Source of the DNA: Octopus sinensis
Lineage: Eukaryota
Reading direction: 5' to 3'
DNA length: 64,000 nt
Assembly: GCF_006345805.1 (NCBI RefSeq)
Contig: NC_043000.1
Location: 19,716,001-19,780,000, forward strand
Below are positions 37,991 to 50,859 of the stretch, in pieces; position 1 is the stretch's first letter; the number at the start of each line of letters is the position of its first letter. Below the pieces are notes generated by a model. It was not told the DNA's origin. It did not search any database and saw nothing but the letters and a program-made list of their open reading frames with translations. The translations under genes were made by a program, and so were the position numbers.

Positions 37991-38057
<67 letters not shown>

Positions 38058-38276
38058 AGGTAGAAATGTAACACACGAGTTGATGTGTATAAGGAAAATA
38101 AGACAAGGTAGGAAATGCTAAAATAATTTTATCAAATTATTTTAGCATTTTGTACCTTGTCTTATTTTCCTTATATATATATATATTATTTATCATATAT
38201 TATATGTAGGTTTAAATTTAATGGAATTGAACAATATTTTTCACCTACTCTTTTAACGCTCTCTCTATCTGTGCTA

Positions 38277-38336
<60 letters not shown>

Positions 38337-38732
38337 CCCAATGTTATAAATACGCTCTATTCTTTTTGCGTATGTCTGAATACCTCCTCTGCTGGAGACA
38401 AGGTAATGTAATTATGTACTGGCGGTGACCATTGTGGTAGAAACACGTGTTACCAGCTGAACCTTTGAATATTTTATCATCAATGGAGTTTTTTTTTTTT
38501 TTTGTATTGGTGATGAGATCGCTAATTCAGTTAAAATCGTCGTCTCAGGCGTGAGATACAAGTTATTCTATTTTGTAAAAGCGGGGAGCATGCTTGTGTG
38601 ATTTCGGTTTCAACCACATTGTGCGATACTTTGGGTATCTTCTGCTATAGCCTTGAGCCGACCAAATTTTTGTGAAAGAATTTGGTAGACGCAAACTGCG
38701 TGGAAGACCGTCGGGTTTTATACGCGCGCGCG

Positions 38733-40042
38733 CGAACGTTGTACCGAAATGAATGCGAAAATGGACATAAATTTTTTATTAATAGATATAGGTTATTGAA
38801 GTTGCACGTGTCAATAGGGTAACTCTTCCTTTATAGTAAATCTTCTTCCTGTTCGTTCAGTGCCGGCAAATAATAAGTTCTAAGCAGAATCAACGTACCG
38901 TCTTTGAGTTCTTGACGAAAGAGGAGCTTCTGACAGCCATAAAATGCTTTAGATTTTGTTTACGGAGATGACAGCATTGACAAGAGCAACATACATATTT
39001 GGATGAAGAAAGTTTAAAAAATACAAAACTAGCATTGAAGACAAACTACGCAAACGAAAACTATCAACTATGACGCCGTCCAAGAATTTGGACATGGAGA
39101 TCTCCATTTCCAGCAACTTCGAGGGCCACCTCCCAGTGGTGTCAGGCGTCAACGAAGAGCCCTCGACTACAACAAGACGACCAAAGTTTTTTTTTCCAAG
39201 GTCTGGGGTCTCGCGCCCCTAAGCCCTAGACCATTACCTAATCAGCCTTACCCATCTTGTTGCTTAACAACAACAACAATTAACTATGACCGCCAATACG
39301 AATCACCAGCATGTGGGTGAAGTGATTCGTGCGGACAGACTGGAGTTGCAATGGGAAGTGTGTGCTAAGTGCGTGGAAGCCTTACTCCGATTTTTGCTAT
39401 TATCGTTTGAAACAATAAAGACACATTTCTCCAACCTAGTGATTTGAAATGAAACGCGAACATATTTTTATGATCCGAAAACTAAGGAACGGTCTATGCA
39501 GTGGTGTCACACTCTCCTCCGAAGCCTAAGAAGTTCAAAAGCCAGCGATCGGTGCAGAAAGTCAGGATGATTATTTTGTGGGATGAAAAGGGCGTCATTC
39601 TCTTTGATTTTCTGGGACATGGCCGTATCGTGAACAACGAGTAGCACATTGAGATACTCATAAAACTTATATAAGCCATTAAGAGAATGAGACTTAACAG
39701 GAATTCGAAAACGATCCACAATTCACCATGACAATGCGCTACCACACACATTTTGACAACAAATCAGACATTCGACAAATTGGGTTGGTTAGTAGTCCTC
39801 GAGGACAACGATTTGGTGACAGAGACAAGATGGAAGTTGACTTGAGGAAATGGATACAACAATGCACACCTGAGTTATTACAAAGAGGATTCCAGAGAGG
39901 GGTTCAATGCTTGAGTCAATGCTGAGTAGTATCCTTGTATAGAGGAAGAGTTACTCTACTAACACACGCAGTTTAAATGAGCTATTTTAGTTTTTTTATA
40001 AATTATACCGACGTTTGTATTACTTTCGGTACAAATCTTCTC
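38733..40042 (+). mobile_element. Decayed mariner element with TIRs
   Basis: TIR core TTGTACCGAAA at both ends; subterminal inverted repeat 38813/39938; YDPKTKERSMQW, PPKPKKFK, LWDEKGVIL and HHDNALPH motifs; deletion around the third Asp. Confidence 0.85.
39078..39281 (+). mobile_element. Retroposed 3' fragment with (CAA)n tail inserted in the mariner
   Basis: Near-TSD AACTATGACGCC (39066) and AACTATGACCGCC (39282) flanks a segment ending in CAACAACAACAA. Confidence 0.6.
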
Positions 40043-40299
40043 TAAAATATTGTAGTTTACTTCATTATGCTATATCTATGAGCAAGACAGTTAGCTCTCA
40101 GCAACCCAGTCAACCTGACTTGAAGCAGATTCCAAAGAACTGTAAGCAGCGACAGTATTACAAAATCGATGAGTTCTTCGTGTGGTCAAGCACTAAGCTG
40201 ACTTCCAGCTATTGATCTGATCCAGTTATAATAGAAACACTTCAAAGGTGTACTATAATTCTTTAACGATCATTCCTGGTTGACATCGATAATTAATGT

Positions 40300-40915
40300 T
40301 TATAAGTATCAATATTTAGCTTCCCACTGATTCAACTCTGTAACATATACCTTGTAACGAATGCCTAGGTCTATCGATATTTGGCTTCAACAGATATTTG
40401 GCTCTACAACAAACACTTGCTAATGAATATGAAGATGAGTTCGTATTTTACTCTGTCGCTCAAATCTACTACAAACACCCGATAAAGAGTGTTTAGATGT
40501 TTCGCTATTTTTATTGTGCATGGCTTAACCCTGTTGTCAGATTTACATGAAGAGAGACCTTAGGCTATTTCATTTAGGCTATTTCACGACCCTTCCAAAA
40601 AGGGCTATGACAATGTCAAAAATATTTGCTAGAGGCTCTTTATTGCGTGGTTCAACTTTAAAGGAAACCCCTGAAATGAATATTTAGGTGTCTCGCTGTT
40701 TTGCTGTGCCTAGCTCAACTCTACAACAAACACTTCACGGTAAATATTAAGGTGCCTCAGTATTTTATTATGCATGGCTCAACTCTGTAACAAATTCCTT
40801 AAAACGAATGTTTAAATCGCTCGCTATTTTGTTTTGTATGGTTCAACTTTATTATAAGCATCTAGCAATTTTAATTTAGACGTCGCAGTATTTCAGTTAA
40901 CATGGCTCAACTCCC
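40300..40915. repeat. Diverged 64-bp minisatellite, about 10 units
   Basis: YTCAACT anchor at 40331, 40459, 40524, 40651, 40714, 40778, 40842 and 40906. Confidence 0.75.
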
Positions 40916-41009
40916 GTACTGGATTTAGATGAAGAAAGGCTCAATATGATTTCATTTGAGAAGTCCCCTTTCAAAAGTCCTATCACAGAGTCAGAAATGT
41001 AGTGACGCT

Positions 41010-41260
41010 ATACAGCGGCGCATGCGCGAAGCACCGGAAGTAGGACCATTTGCCTACGTGGCAGTTAGCCGAGGCAGGGGGATCGTAGGACGTTGACCAC
41101 TAGCGTCCAGCAGCAGTCATTGACTTGAGACAAAGCGACCGAAGGCAACGGACGTATATTTTCTCGCTGTCCACTTTTGATAGCAGTCGGCCGAAGGCTT
41201 TAACCAAATTGTTGCAGACAACATCATCTTCCTCTTTCCGGACGCCATCTTTGACCAGTG
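41010..41260. promoter_or_regulatory. Candidate CpG-rich housekeeping-type promoter
   Basis: NRF1-type GCGCATGCGC at 41018-41027, ETS-type ACCGGAAGT at 41033-41041, YY1-type CGCCATCTT at 41243-41251, in non-repeat sequence with retained CpG. Confidence 0.5.
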
Positions 41261-41424
41261 TCGTTAGCATTTGAACACTGTAGATTCTACAGCGATATAA
41301 TTCAGCTCTGACACATCTATACCAAAGGGATACCCAGATATACCACTTATTTGTTACTGTCATAAGAGAATAAAGTAGATATATATTATTTACGTCTGCG
41401 TCTTGTTGTTTCTTTGACTGGTAG

Positions 41425-41658
41425 AATCTGGATTATTAAAGCAACGGAAAGTGATTGCTTCTCGCACCCCCAAAAGGTCCAGAGAAGATATTACACAGTC
41501 GTTACAGAAATATTATATCCTTGGCCGGAAACTCGAGGAGATTTGGGGGCCTTAATCAGCCTGTCAAGCCGGTCAAGCCTATTGGCTTTTTCGAGAGGTG
41601 AGCTGCATGAGACATAGCTCGACATTAGGTGGATCGCACTACAAAGAAAAAACTTAAG
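41425..41658 (+). other. Candidate non-coding or 5'UTR exon
   Basis: Pyrimidine tract plus TAG acceptor ending 41424 and consensus donor AAG|GTAAGT at 41658/41659; all three frames contain stops. Confidence 0.3.
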
Positions 41659-42086
41659 GTAAGTTAGGCGTGCCATTCAGAAAGTCATGCAAGCCGCAGT
41701 TTTTCTATGACTGCTATAGGCAAAATCCGGCACTATTCAGTCCTATAACAGATAACTGGTAATGACTGCTTAGATGTCTCAGTCTTTTACTTCAAACTGG
41801 AACAACTCTGTAACAAACACTACGGTAAACCTCATTATTAGAAACTCCGTGTAAATAACTTGCACTGATAACTCATAATAAAAACAATCTACAAGCCGTC
41901 ATTATTGATTTCTTTGAGCAGCTAGCTAGTTTGTTTGGTTAATGAATTAGTTTAAAGAAAGCCAGAAGTACATTTCCACCCAGCATTATCATCAAAGAGA
42001 GGCTGTAAGCGCAATTATATTGAACGAATAACAACCAAATTATACATACATACATACATACATACATACATACATACATACATACA

Positions 42087-42133
<47 letters not shown>

Positions 42134-43139
42134 CGAACATGAGTTATTGCAAATACCTTGGCAGCATAATTTCCGATAATGAAGAATTACAATTGAGGAA
42201 ATCAGTTTGACAGATCAAGTATTCATTAACTGACTTCTTTTATATTTTATTCCAGGTTCTTTTGAACAATTTTGTCGTAGATTATTATCCAATCGTTGGT
42301 TCTCTACTGAGATTATAATTGGCCCGCTGCGTTTTTGACAACAAATGTGACATCAATTTTCGCTGGTGTTTACATTCTCGACCGATATATGCCCAATAAT
42401 ATAAACACACGGAGATATATTGTCTGAACTTAGCTTCCATAAAAGTCGCAATAATTAAAATAATTAGTCAATGACTAATATTAATCCAAGTACGTCTTCT
42501 AATACTTCAGATACGTTTCGCTCTTATTATGGTCTTGTCAATGAAGCATAGGCTTCATACCGCTTGTTGAAATAGCGATGTCATTGACTAATATGGCTTT
42601 TCGATCACCACATATTTATTTCTAACTTTATGCTCCTCACGCAAAATGCCAGCAATGACCGAGCACAGGATAGTCGTCACGCCAGCGATTGCACAACCTA
42701 AGCTGATAGGTCTAATAAAGCTTGCACAGCAGCTCACAAACACCTTCCACACTAGTGAAATGGTCCAGAGACAAACCAGGGTAACATGTCCAGGACCAAA
42801 ATGAGTCGCAGACTCAGGAATGTGTGAGCGCCATAATTTCAAACGCAAGTTCAATTCCATTCCCTACATATCTGGTTAGGTTTAATATCAGACTAACCTT
42901 CTGCAGACATGCTTTAACAAAGATTGAGGTGTACCAGCACGCCGGACATTAACTCGGAACTTCTGATGATCTTGTTTTTAGTCTTGTTGAGTTTCTAGCA
43001 GCCCTTTTCGGCAAGCAACCCTAGTGGGAATGCCAGTTTAGCTACCGACCCCTCAACCATGCAACAGGTTGTATTGGACACCATGTTGCCAGTAGACCTC
43101 ACGGGTGCCCTGACATACATACATACATTATATATATAA

Positions 43140-43345
43140 AGTTAATCCAAACATGAAAACACAAAGAGAAAACACAACAACGCGAGGACGTAGAACAAAT
43201 ATAGCATTATTGGACGCTCAGGAAGGAAGGGAAGAAGGAGGGTTTAACGTTTCGAGCGGAGCTCTTCGTCGGAAACATAGGAAAAGGAAAGATCCAGAGA
43301 AGGGAAGACGGAGGAAAAAAAATCGCCAACGGTACACACGCGATA
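43140..43345 (-). mobile_element. Solo Penelope-type terminal repeat with hammerhead-like motif (43242-43274)
   Basis: Minus strand GUUU-CCGACGA-A-GAGC-UCC-GCUC-GAAA-CGU-U-AAAC; partial inverted homolog at about 35495-35565. Confidence 0.6.
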
Positions 43346-43789
43346 TATATGTACATTCATGCATGCATATATACATAGACCCTTAACATACATAATGTGT
43401 TTGTTTCAATTACGGCCTAACTTTCTATGTGCATGTGTGTTAGAGTTCTCAGTCTTGTATACCAAGCGTCTGTAATCATATACGTGCACACATCGATATG
43501 AACACTTAAACATATGCATATATACTTTACACACACACACACACATACACACACACATACACACACACATACACACACACATACACACACACACGTACAC
43601 ACGCACACACGTGTATGTAAATGTATACGCAAATAACCGCTTCAAAGAATGTTGACGTACAGCAACAATCAATAAGCCACATTTCATGTATATATATGTC
43701 AGTGTACTGCTGGGAGTGTAAATACGTAAATGTAAACTCAGGCACTACAAACATTTCTTTTTAGAATAAGCGCAAAGCCTGACATTTAA

Positions 43790-44215
43790 AGGAGACGGGG
43801 CTAAACGATTACATTGACCCAGTGCTCAACTGGTACCTATTTTATCGACCCCAATATTCAAATAGTACTCATTTTATCGATCCCCAAAGGATGAAAGGCA
43901 AAGTCAACCTTGGCGGAATTTGAACTCAGAACGTAAAGCTGGAAAAAATGCTGCTTAGCAGTTTGCCCAACGTGCTAATGATTGTAGACATTACAAATAT
44001 TGGCTTCAAATTTTGGCACAAGGCCAGCAGGCTTGTGGGCGGGGGGTGCTAAGTTGGTCACATCAACCGTAATGCTTGACTGTTAGTTATTTTATCGACC
44101 TCGAAAGGATGAAAGGCAAAGTCGAACGCGGAGTAATTTGAACTTAGAACATAAAGAGGGACAAGATGCCGCTAACCCTTTTGCTCGGTGTACTAACGAC
44201 TCTGCCATGTCACCG
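43790..44215 (-). mobile_element. Two adjacent family D SINE copies
   Basis: Repeated TTTATCGACC..GAAAGGATGAAAGGCAAAGTC...TTTGAACT blocks. Confidence 0.7.
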
Positions 44216-44460
44216 TCTTTGGCACTACAAACATTATGAACTTCTATTAAGAATCTTTTCTACCACTACTATAATGGCCTCTGTTTCTCAGAAGTAGTTG
44301 GTCTTCTGTATCCTCCACCACCGCACTTCCGATCCAAGGCTTTATTTATTTATGTATGCATCTGTGTTCTCCACCACCGCTTGAACACCGGTGTTCGTTT
44401 GTTTAGTTGCCCCTAACTAAGCAATTTAGCATAAGAATAAGTAAAGATAGAATAAGTAAA

Positions 44461-44695
44461 GGCGGCGAGCTGGCAGAAACGTTAGCACCTCGGGCGAAAT
44501 GCTTAGCGGTATTTCGTCTGTCTTTATACGTTCTGAGTTCAAATTCCGCCGAGGTCGACTTTGCCTTTCATTCTTTCGGGGTCGTTTAAATAAGTACCAG
44601 TTGCGCACTGGGGTCGATGTAATCGACTTAATCCCTTTGTCTGTCCTTGTGTATCCCCTCTATGTTTAGCCCCTTGTAGGCAATAAAGAAATAAG
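44461..44695 (+). mobile_element. SINE family C nested in an older family B body and tail
   Basis: Family B-like body precedes (44370-44460) and tail follows (44696-44810). Confidence 0.75.
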
Positions 44696-45599
44696 AACAA
44701 GTACCAGGCTTTAAAAAAATACTGAGGTCGATTCGTTAGACTAAAACCCTTCAAAGTGGTGCCCCAGCATGGTCGTAGCCAAATGACAGAAACAAGTAAA
44801 AGGTAAGAGGTCAAATTGTGTGTTACCACACCATTTTTCTCCAATTCGCGATATTTCATTCCTAGAACTTTCGAGAACTCAGTTTTAAATTAAGATTTGT
44901 GTATTATCTTTAGACCGAGATTCTCCGGCAATTCCATTAGCTTTATTTCTACAACAGAGGATTTTGAAACAAGAGCTTCAAGAATCGGATAATTGTAATT
45001 ATCTTTGAATGAAATTAGAAGGAAGGATTTTTCGACTTCTATAAGTCATCAATCCTAGTTAAGAAATTATCATGCAAGCCTTCTGTTTTATCTCCACAGT
45101 CTTTCTGTTTGGGGTTTTCAATTTCAGTCTCAAGGAATGTATCTATTCTTTTATTGAAGTTGGAGAAAAGAATGATGCTTCTTGACAATTATATCTCTTT
45201 GAAACTCTTCTGTTATTCTGAAATCTGAAAAGAGCGGCGAGTTGGCCGAACCGATAAAACGGCCGACAAAATGCTTTGCGGTATTTATTTCTTTACGACT
45301 TTTACGTTCGGAGTTCATATTCGGCCGATGTCAACTTTGCCTTTCATCCTTTCAGGATCGTTAAAATAAAGTACAACAGAAGTACGGGAGTCAATGGCAT
45401 CTACTAATGCCTTCTATTCAAAATTGTTGACCGTGTGCGGAAATTAAAAATCATTTTGAAAGCTGAAGATTATTTGAGTAAGATCAGAAATAATCTTATT
45501 CTTTTTCTAAAGTGCAAAATTGAGAGTTCCTAGACGGCTGGTTTTTTTTGTGTTTTTTTTTTCTTTTTTTCAGTAAGGAACATGTGATTGCAGTTTAGG

Positions 45600-46610
45600 A
45601 CAAGATCTTTTTAATCTAAGCAAAGTAATAAAATGCTTTAACTGATACACAAAACTGCTCAGAACATTACTGGTTGACAACCACCTCACAATGAAGTTGA
45701 AAGAGCTTCACTGGTTTTATATCTTCAAGCTCCAGTTCTTTTATAAAAAAACTAGCAGTATCGCCCGGCGTTGCTCGGGTTTGTAAGGGAAATAACTATA
45801 TAAGCAATTTTAGAGAGTTACTTCCCTTATAGATGCCAATTCGGGCTTTCTTAGCCATTTCTGTTTTGATGTCTTCAAGCCATGAAGTCGTTGTTCTAAA
45901 AGAACGCTGGTCTCCTTGACAACGCTTTACGACGTTGATTTCCTTACACTCCCTTCCCCACAGCTTCACGAGGGAGGGAAGAAGGGGGAGAAGCAAACAG
46001 GTGCAGGTGTGACTATGGACGCCAACTCCGCCGCCATCGAAACACGAAAAATTATGCATTAAAATGGAATAAAAAATGATGTTAAATTATTTTTAAAATC
46101 GTAGACTCATCGTAGACGCGCGCTAATACTCAGACGGGCTCGATATGAATCACGACTATAAGATACCCGAATTTGGTTAAACTGCATCGCAAAATGTGGG
46201 AGTAGTTAGGAATCTAAATCGAAGGGGACAGACACTCACACAACTACAGTTTTATTTATATAGATTTCTTTTATGTTGCTGGGTGTTTCTAATTAATCAT
46301 ATGAAATTTGATATTTGAAGGACAAGTTTCATGACATCTTCACACTTGAAATAAATGATTGCCAGTTGTTCGTAATGAATAATGCAACCAACCGGGAGAA
46401 ATTTTTCCAAGTGGGGAATACATTTTTATAAGTGCAACTAATTTTGCATTTTCAATACCATTGCAGCTGCAAGTGTTCCATCTGTTGCAACACTGATGTG
46501 TTTGTTTGTTCAGTGGCACGTCAACATTCTTTAAGGCTTTGTTAAGTGTATTTTTAATATCAACGTCACAAATGTTTCTTTTGATATCACAAAGTCTAAC
46601 ATCTCTTCTA
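45600..46610 (-). mobile_element. hAT (Buster/Charlie-like) transposase remnant split by a Helitron
   Basis: Minus strand SVATDG, CIIHYEQL, EDVMKLVLQISNFI, then VRWLSTSNVL beyond the insertion. Confidence 0.7.
45752..46264 (-). mobile_element. Non-autonomous Helitron, copy 1
   Basis: Minus strand 5' TC, 3' hairpin CCCG-AGCAACGC-CGGG then CTAG, inserted between A and T. Confidence 0.85.
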
Positions 46611-46619
46611 GGACGATTA

Positions 46620-46745
46620 CAATATATACCGAACAAATACAGTCAGTTGCGAATTTTCTAGACAATATATACCGAACAAATACGGTCAGTTGCGAATTTT
46701 CTAGACAATATATACCGAACAAATACAGTCAGTTGCGAATTTTCT
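46620..46745. repeat. 43-bp tandem repeat, 3 units
   Basis: AATATATACCGAACAAATAC at 46621, 46664 and 46707. Confidence 0.9.
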
Positions 46746-47749
46746 TTTATGCCTACAGATATGTCAAGAGCTAAGCCGAATGCAAATGAATCTTTTAAAA
46801 TATTTTGCATTTGCTCGCATTTTGCTAGTATGAACTGAAACTAATGGTTTTGCAATTTAGTCAATGAAGTTTTATGTTTTTCGATCTGACACGGCACCAA
46901 CTTCAGCTGTATTCGTCTTAGCAAATTCCCCATCGAAAAAAGGGGGAGAGAAGGAGAGAGAGGGGGAGAGAGGGGGAGAGAGAGAGAGAGAGGAAAAGAG
47001 GGAAAGGGGAAAAGAGTACGAGAGGGGAAAAGTGAGCGAGAGAAAAGAGAGAGTGAGCGGTAGGGAGAGAGAAAGGCATTTATTCTCGACTAGTACTCAT
47101 TACAATTGAGTACACTGTATCAACGTGAAACTAAGTACCTTGCTCAAAAACACAACACGCCGTCCGTTCCAGGAATCAGACCCATGACCTGATTATTATA
47201 AGCAGAACATTCTAACATACAGGTCACGTACCTTCACAGCACGAGAAATATTTTATGACATAACAGAACTAGTTTCAGTCAGTGTATGGACTTCTGAATT
47301 AAACGTTGTCAACAGTGTCTGCTGCAATGATTTTGATACAGTTAATTTATTTGTTATTCTTTCATTCTCATTTGTGTAGATAATCAAGCGAAAAGATTTG
47401 CTGCGGAGTGATTTTTTTCAAGTCGCTGACTTTGTAATGACTGAATGACAAATGGTAGATAATAATTCAAAGGTTAGATCGTTTACCAGAGAATGCAAAC
47501 TGCCCCCACCCCCACACCACTACTCTGGCTTAAAATTTCGGTTTTCAACTTCATATTTCCGTTTCTTACAACTTATGATGCCATCATTACTTTCATTAGC
47601 TGGCTGTTGTTTCAGCAATGCACCCAGATTTCAATCCCACTGTGATAACTTATAGCTTTCTCAACACCTTAATATAAAGTGTTGTCAACGCCTTAATATA
47701 AAGTTTTTATTGAGGAAGGCGTTCAAATATTTAGTTGCATACTGTGCTC

Positions 47750-47962
47750 CAGCCCACTCAGCCGGCAAAAATTAGTTGTAATTGTATTTCAAAAAATCCA
47801 GTCTTGTCACTTTCTCTGTCACGCTGAATCTCCCTGAGAACTACATTAAGAGTACGCATGTCTGCGGTATGCTCAGCCACTTGCTCGGCAATTTCACGAG
47901 CAGGGTGTTCCATTGGTCGGATCAGCTAGAACCCTCGTCGTCGTAACCGACGGAGTACCAGT
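47750..47962 (+). mobile_element. 5'-truncated family A SINE with tail T2
   Basis: CTCCAGCCCACTCAGCCGGCAAAAATT then T2 tail ending GTAACCGACGGAGTACC. Confidence 0.75.
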
Positions 47963-48370
47963 TAGTTCCTTGCGGACCAGAAGTTAATACAATTTAATTT
48001 TTTCCTGCATCAACATCTATTTTCCTTCAAATTTTTCCTGTTGTTGCTTCTGTTTATTTTTGCTTTTATCGTCGCCATTTTCAGATCCTTTTATAACTTC
48101 CAATTTATCATCTAAAGTTGATATTTTGCTTTCTTCCTGACACCAGAAATTTTCTCGTCATGTAACCACATATATAGAGGTTATATTATATATTGTATCT
48201 GGTTGGGTGGAGCAACACGATCTCTACTCGGAAACACATGATTTGCAATGACAGCAGATTTATCAAAACATAAGTACCAAATTCTACTTTTAAAATCCGT
48301 TTCAGAATGCAGTAATACAGCAGAGCAATAATAGCACGGAAATTTTCAAACTTCATTCGGAAAATGTGTT

Positions 48371-48742
<372 letters not shown>

Positions 48743-48999
48743 AGAGGCCTATGCCATTAGTTTGGACAACAAATATGAAGAAAGGTATACTAAATACCAT
48801 AAAAAACAAATTCTTGATTTATTGAAAGTATCTTGCTTCGAGAGAAGATTTTAAAAAACCTAATGGTAGTTGTAACCAACTCTAAATAAAAAGAAGATAA
48901 CCACAAAGGGTTAATCATAAATTACCAAGCTAGTAAGGCTGGAATTACCAAGACATTAAGGAAAAAACAACCAGTTTGTTCTTCGAAAAGCAAAATGAC

Positions 49000-50090
49000 G
49001 GATGTGAGAATGTTCTGCCAAACTAAGCGTCATCGGCACAGCGCTCTCCTAGCTTGACTTCAGTCCTACATAAGATTTGAACATATACAAAAAGAAGAAC
49101 ACTAACAGCATGGTTTTTTCACCTTGCGATGAATTCTGGAAATGGCTGTCTAAAAGCGAATCACATTTTTCGTCGTATTCATAAACTTCACGAAGGCTTC
49201 GGGGGCATAGGAACAGAGTATTTGAGGAACCTGGTAAAACAAATACCGTAAATCCTCGAGTATAGTCCGCCCTTGAGTATAATACGCAGGAGAATTTTAG
49301 GGAGCTGTACCTCTGAAAAATCTAAACCCTGTGTATAATACGCACCCCTTCTCTAACTTGAGTCAAAAAGGTCTATAAACGTCCTTGGTTTGTAACGTCC
49401 TTTATTATTATTGTATATATAACATAATGCAAACGTGTAGCTTTTTTGTGCATTTTGTTTGCAGAAAATAAAGAAATAACAGTAATAACAGTAATAACGT
49501 TTAATAAATGTTGCTTACTGAAAATTATGGATGATTCTTTTATGACTTCATTGCTTTCAGGCTTAGCTTAAGGTATTTTCGCGCCCGACATCACAAAATG
49601 CGTCTGAATAAACATAACCAGACAGCAAATAGAGACTCGGACATTGCTTAGAAAATAATTTTCATTTTTAACCTCGTATATAGCACGCACTAGGGATTTT
49701 GACCTTTAAATTTGCGGGCGTGGGGGGTAGGAACGCGGATTATACTCGAGGATTTACAGTATATGTGTCCTGACAAATTTGTAGAGATAATCAGGTAGTT
49801 TCACCAATGGTGTGTCTGAAACAATTTCTCTTAGAAGCAACATCTAGGCCTCATTTCCACTTTACTCCGACAAAATAGGACTGTGTAGTCGCTCCTGTGC
49901 TATTTGCGATAATACAGCTAGTCGTGCTTGAAAATATGGTGCGCAAATTCAATGGTCGAGCATCTATTAGCACAAGAATGGATGGAGGGCTGTTGTACTT
50001 TTCTAGGCTAAGATCCTCTGTAAACCGCTCTTATACGTGTATTCGCGAACGTCTCTTGTGACTCAGCATTAGTGGCTCTTTCATTGAAAT
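49000..50090 (+). mobile_element. RTE (BovB-like) LINE RT remnant interrupted by a MITE
   Basis: CPDKFVEIIR*FH and DCVVAPVLFAII...RMDGGLLYFSRLRSS match RTE RT blocks. Confidence 0.65.
49246..49759. mobile_element. TA-flanked Tc1/pogo-type MITE
   Basis: TIRs CCGTAAATCCTCGAGTATAGTCCGC and GCGGATTATACTCGAGGATTTACAG; TA at 49244-45 and 49760-61. Confidence 0.85.
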
Positions 50091-50219
50091 ATATTCAGAA
50101 AATTATACATCGTTTTGAACGTACGGCGTACAATGACTGAAATCTTCTATCAATTGAACATGGAGTGCCGGGACATGAACCGCCAGCCATCCTGATCGCA
50201 AATCTAACACTAAGCATCT

Positions 50220-50611
50220 TTTATCTTTTTATCTTATATTTTTTACTTGTTTCAGTCATTAGACTGCGAGTATGTTGAGGAACCGTCTTAAGAATTTTAG
50301 TCGAATGAATCGATCCCACTATTTATTTCTTTTGTTAAGCCTGGTATTTATTCTATCGGCCTCTTTGGCTGAACCGTTAGATTACGGGGACATAAACATA
50401 CCAGCACCGGTTCTCAAGCAGTTGTGAGAAACGAACACAGAAACAAAACAAACACAGACAGACACACACACACATATATATATATATATAGATATAGATA
50501 TATATACACATACATATATATATAATATATATATATACATACATACACATACATATATATCTGTATGTATGTATATGTATATAAATGTAAATGTATGTAT
50601 ATATATATATC

Positions 50612-50663
<52 letters not shown>

Positions 50664-50711
50664 ATATATATATAATATTATGTACATATATATATATATA
50701 AACACACACAG

Positions 50712-50790
<79 letters not shown>

Positions 50791-50845
50791 CGACGGACTT
50801 CTTTCAATTTCCGTCTCACAAATCCACTCACAAGGGTTTGGTCGT
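50220..50845 (-). mobile_element. SINE family B with expanded (TA)n interior, head truncated
   Basis: Tail 50220-50460, microsatellite to 50790, core fragment to 50845. Confidence 0.7.
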
Positions 50846-50859
50846 TCCAGACTGAGCGA

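Noticed and set aside
42588-42860. 90-aa ORF as a Helitron or PLE protein piece
   Set aside because: No recognisable motif in any frame by eye
46620-46745. CRISPR-like array in the 43-bp (also 27-bp and 64-bp) repeats
   Set aside because: Units are contiguous with no unique spacers, no cas genes, eukaryotic context
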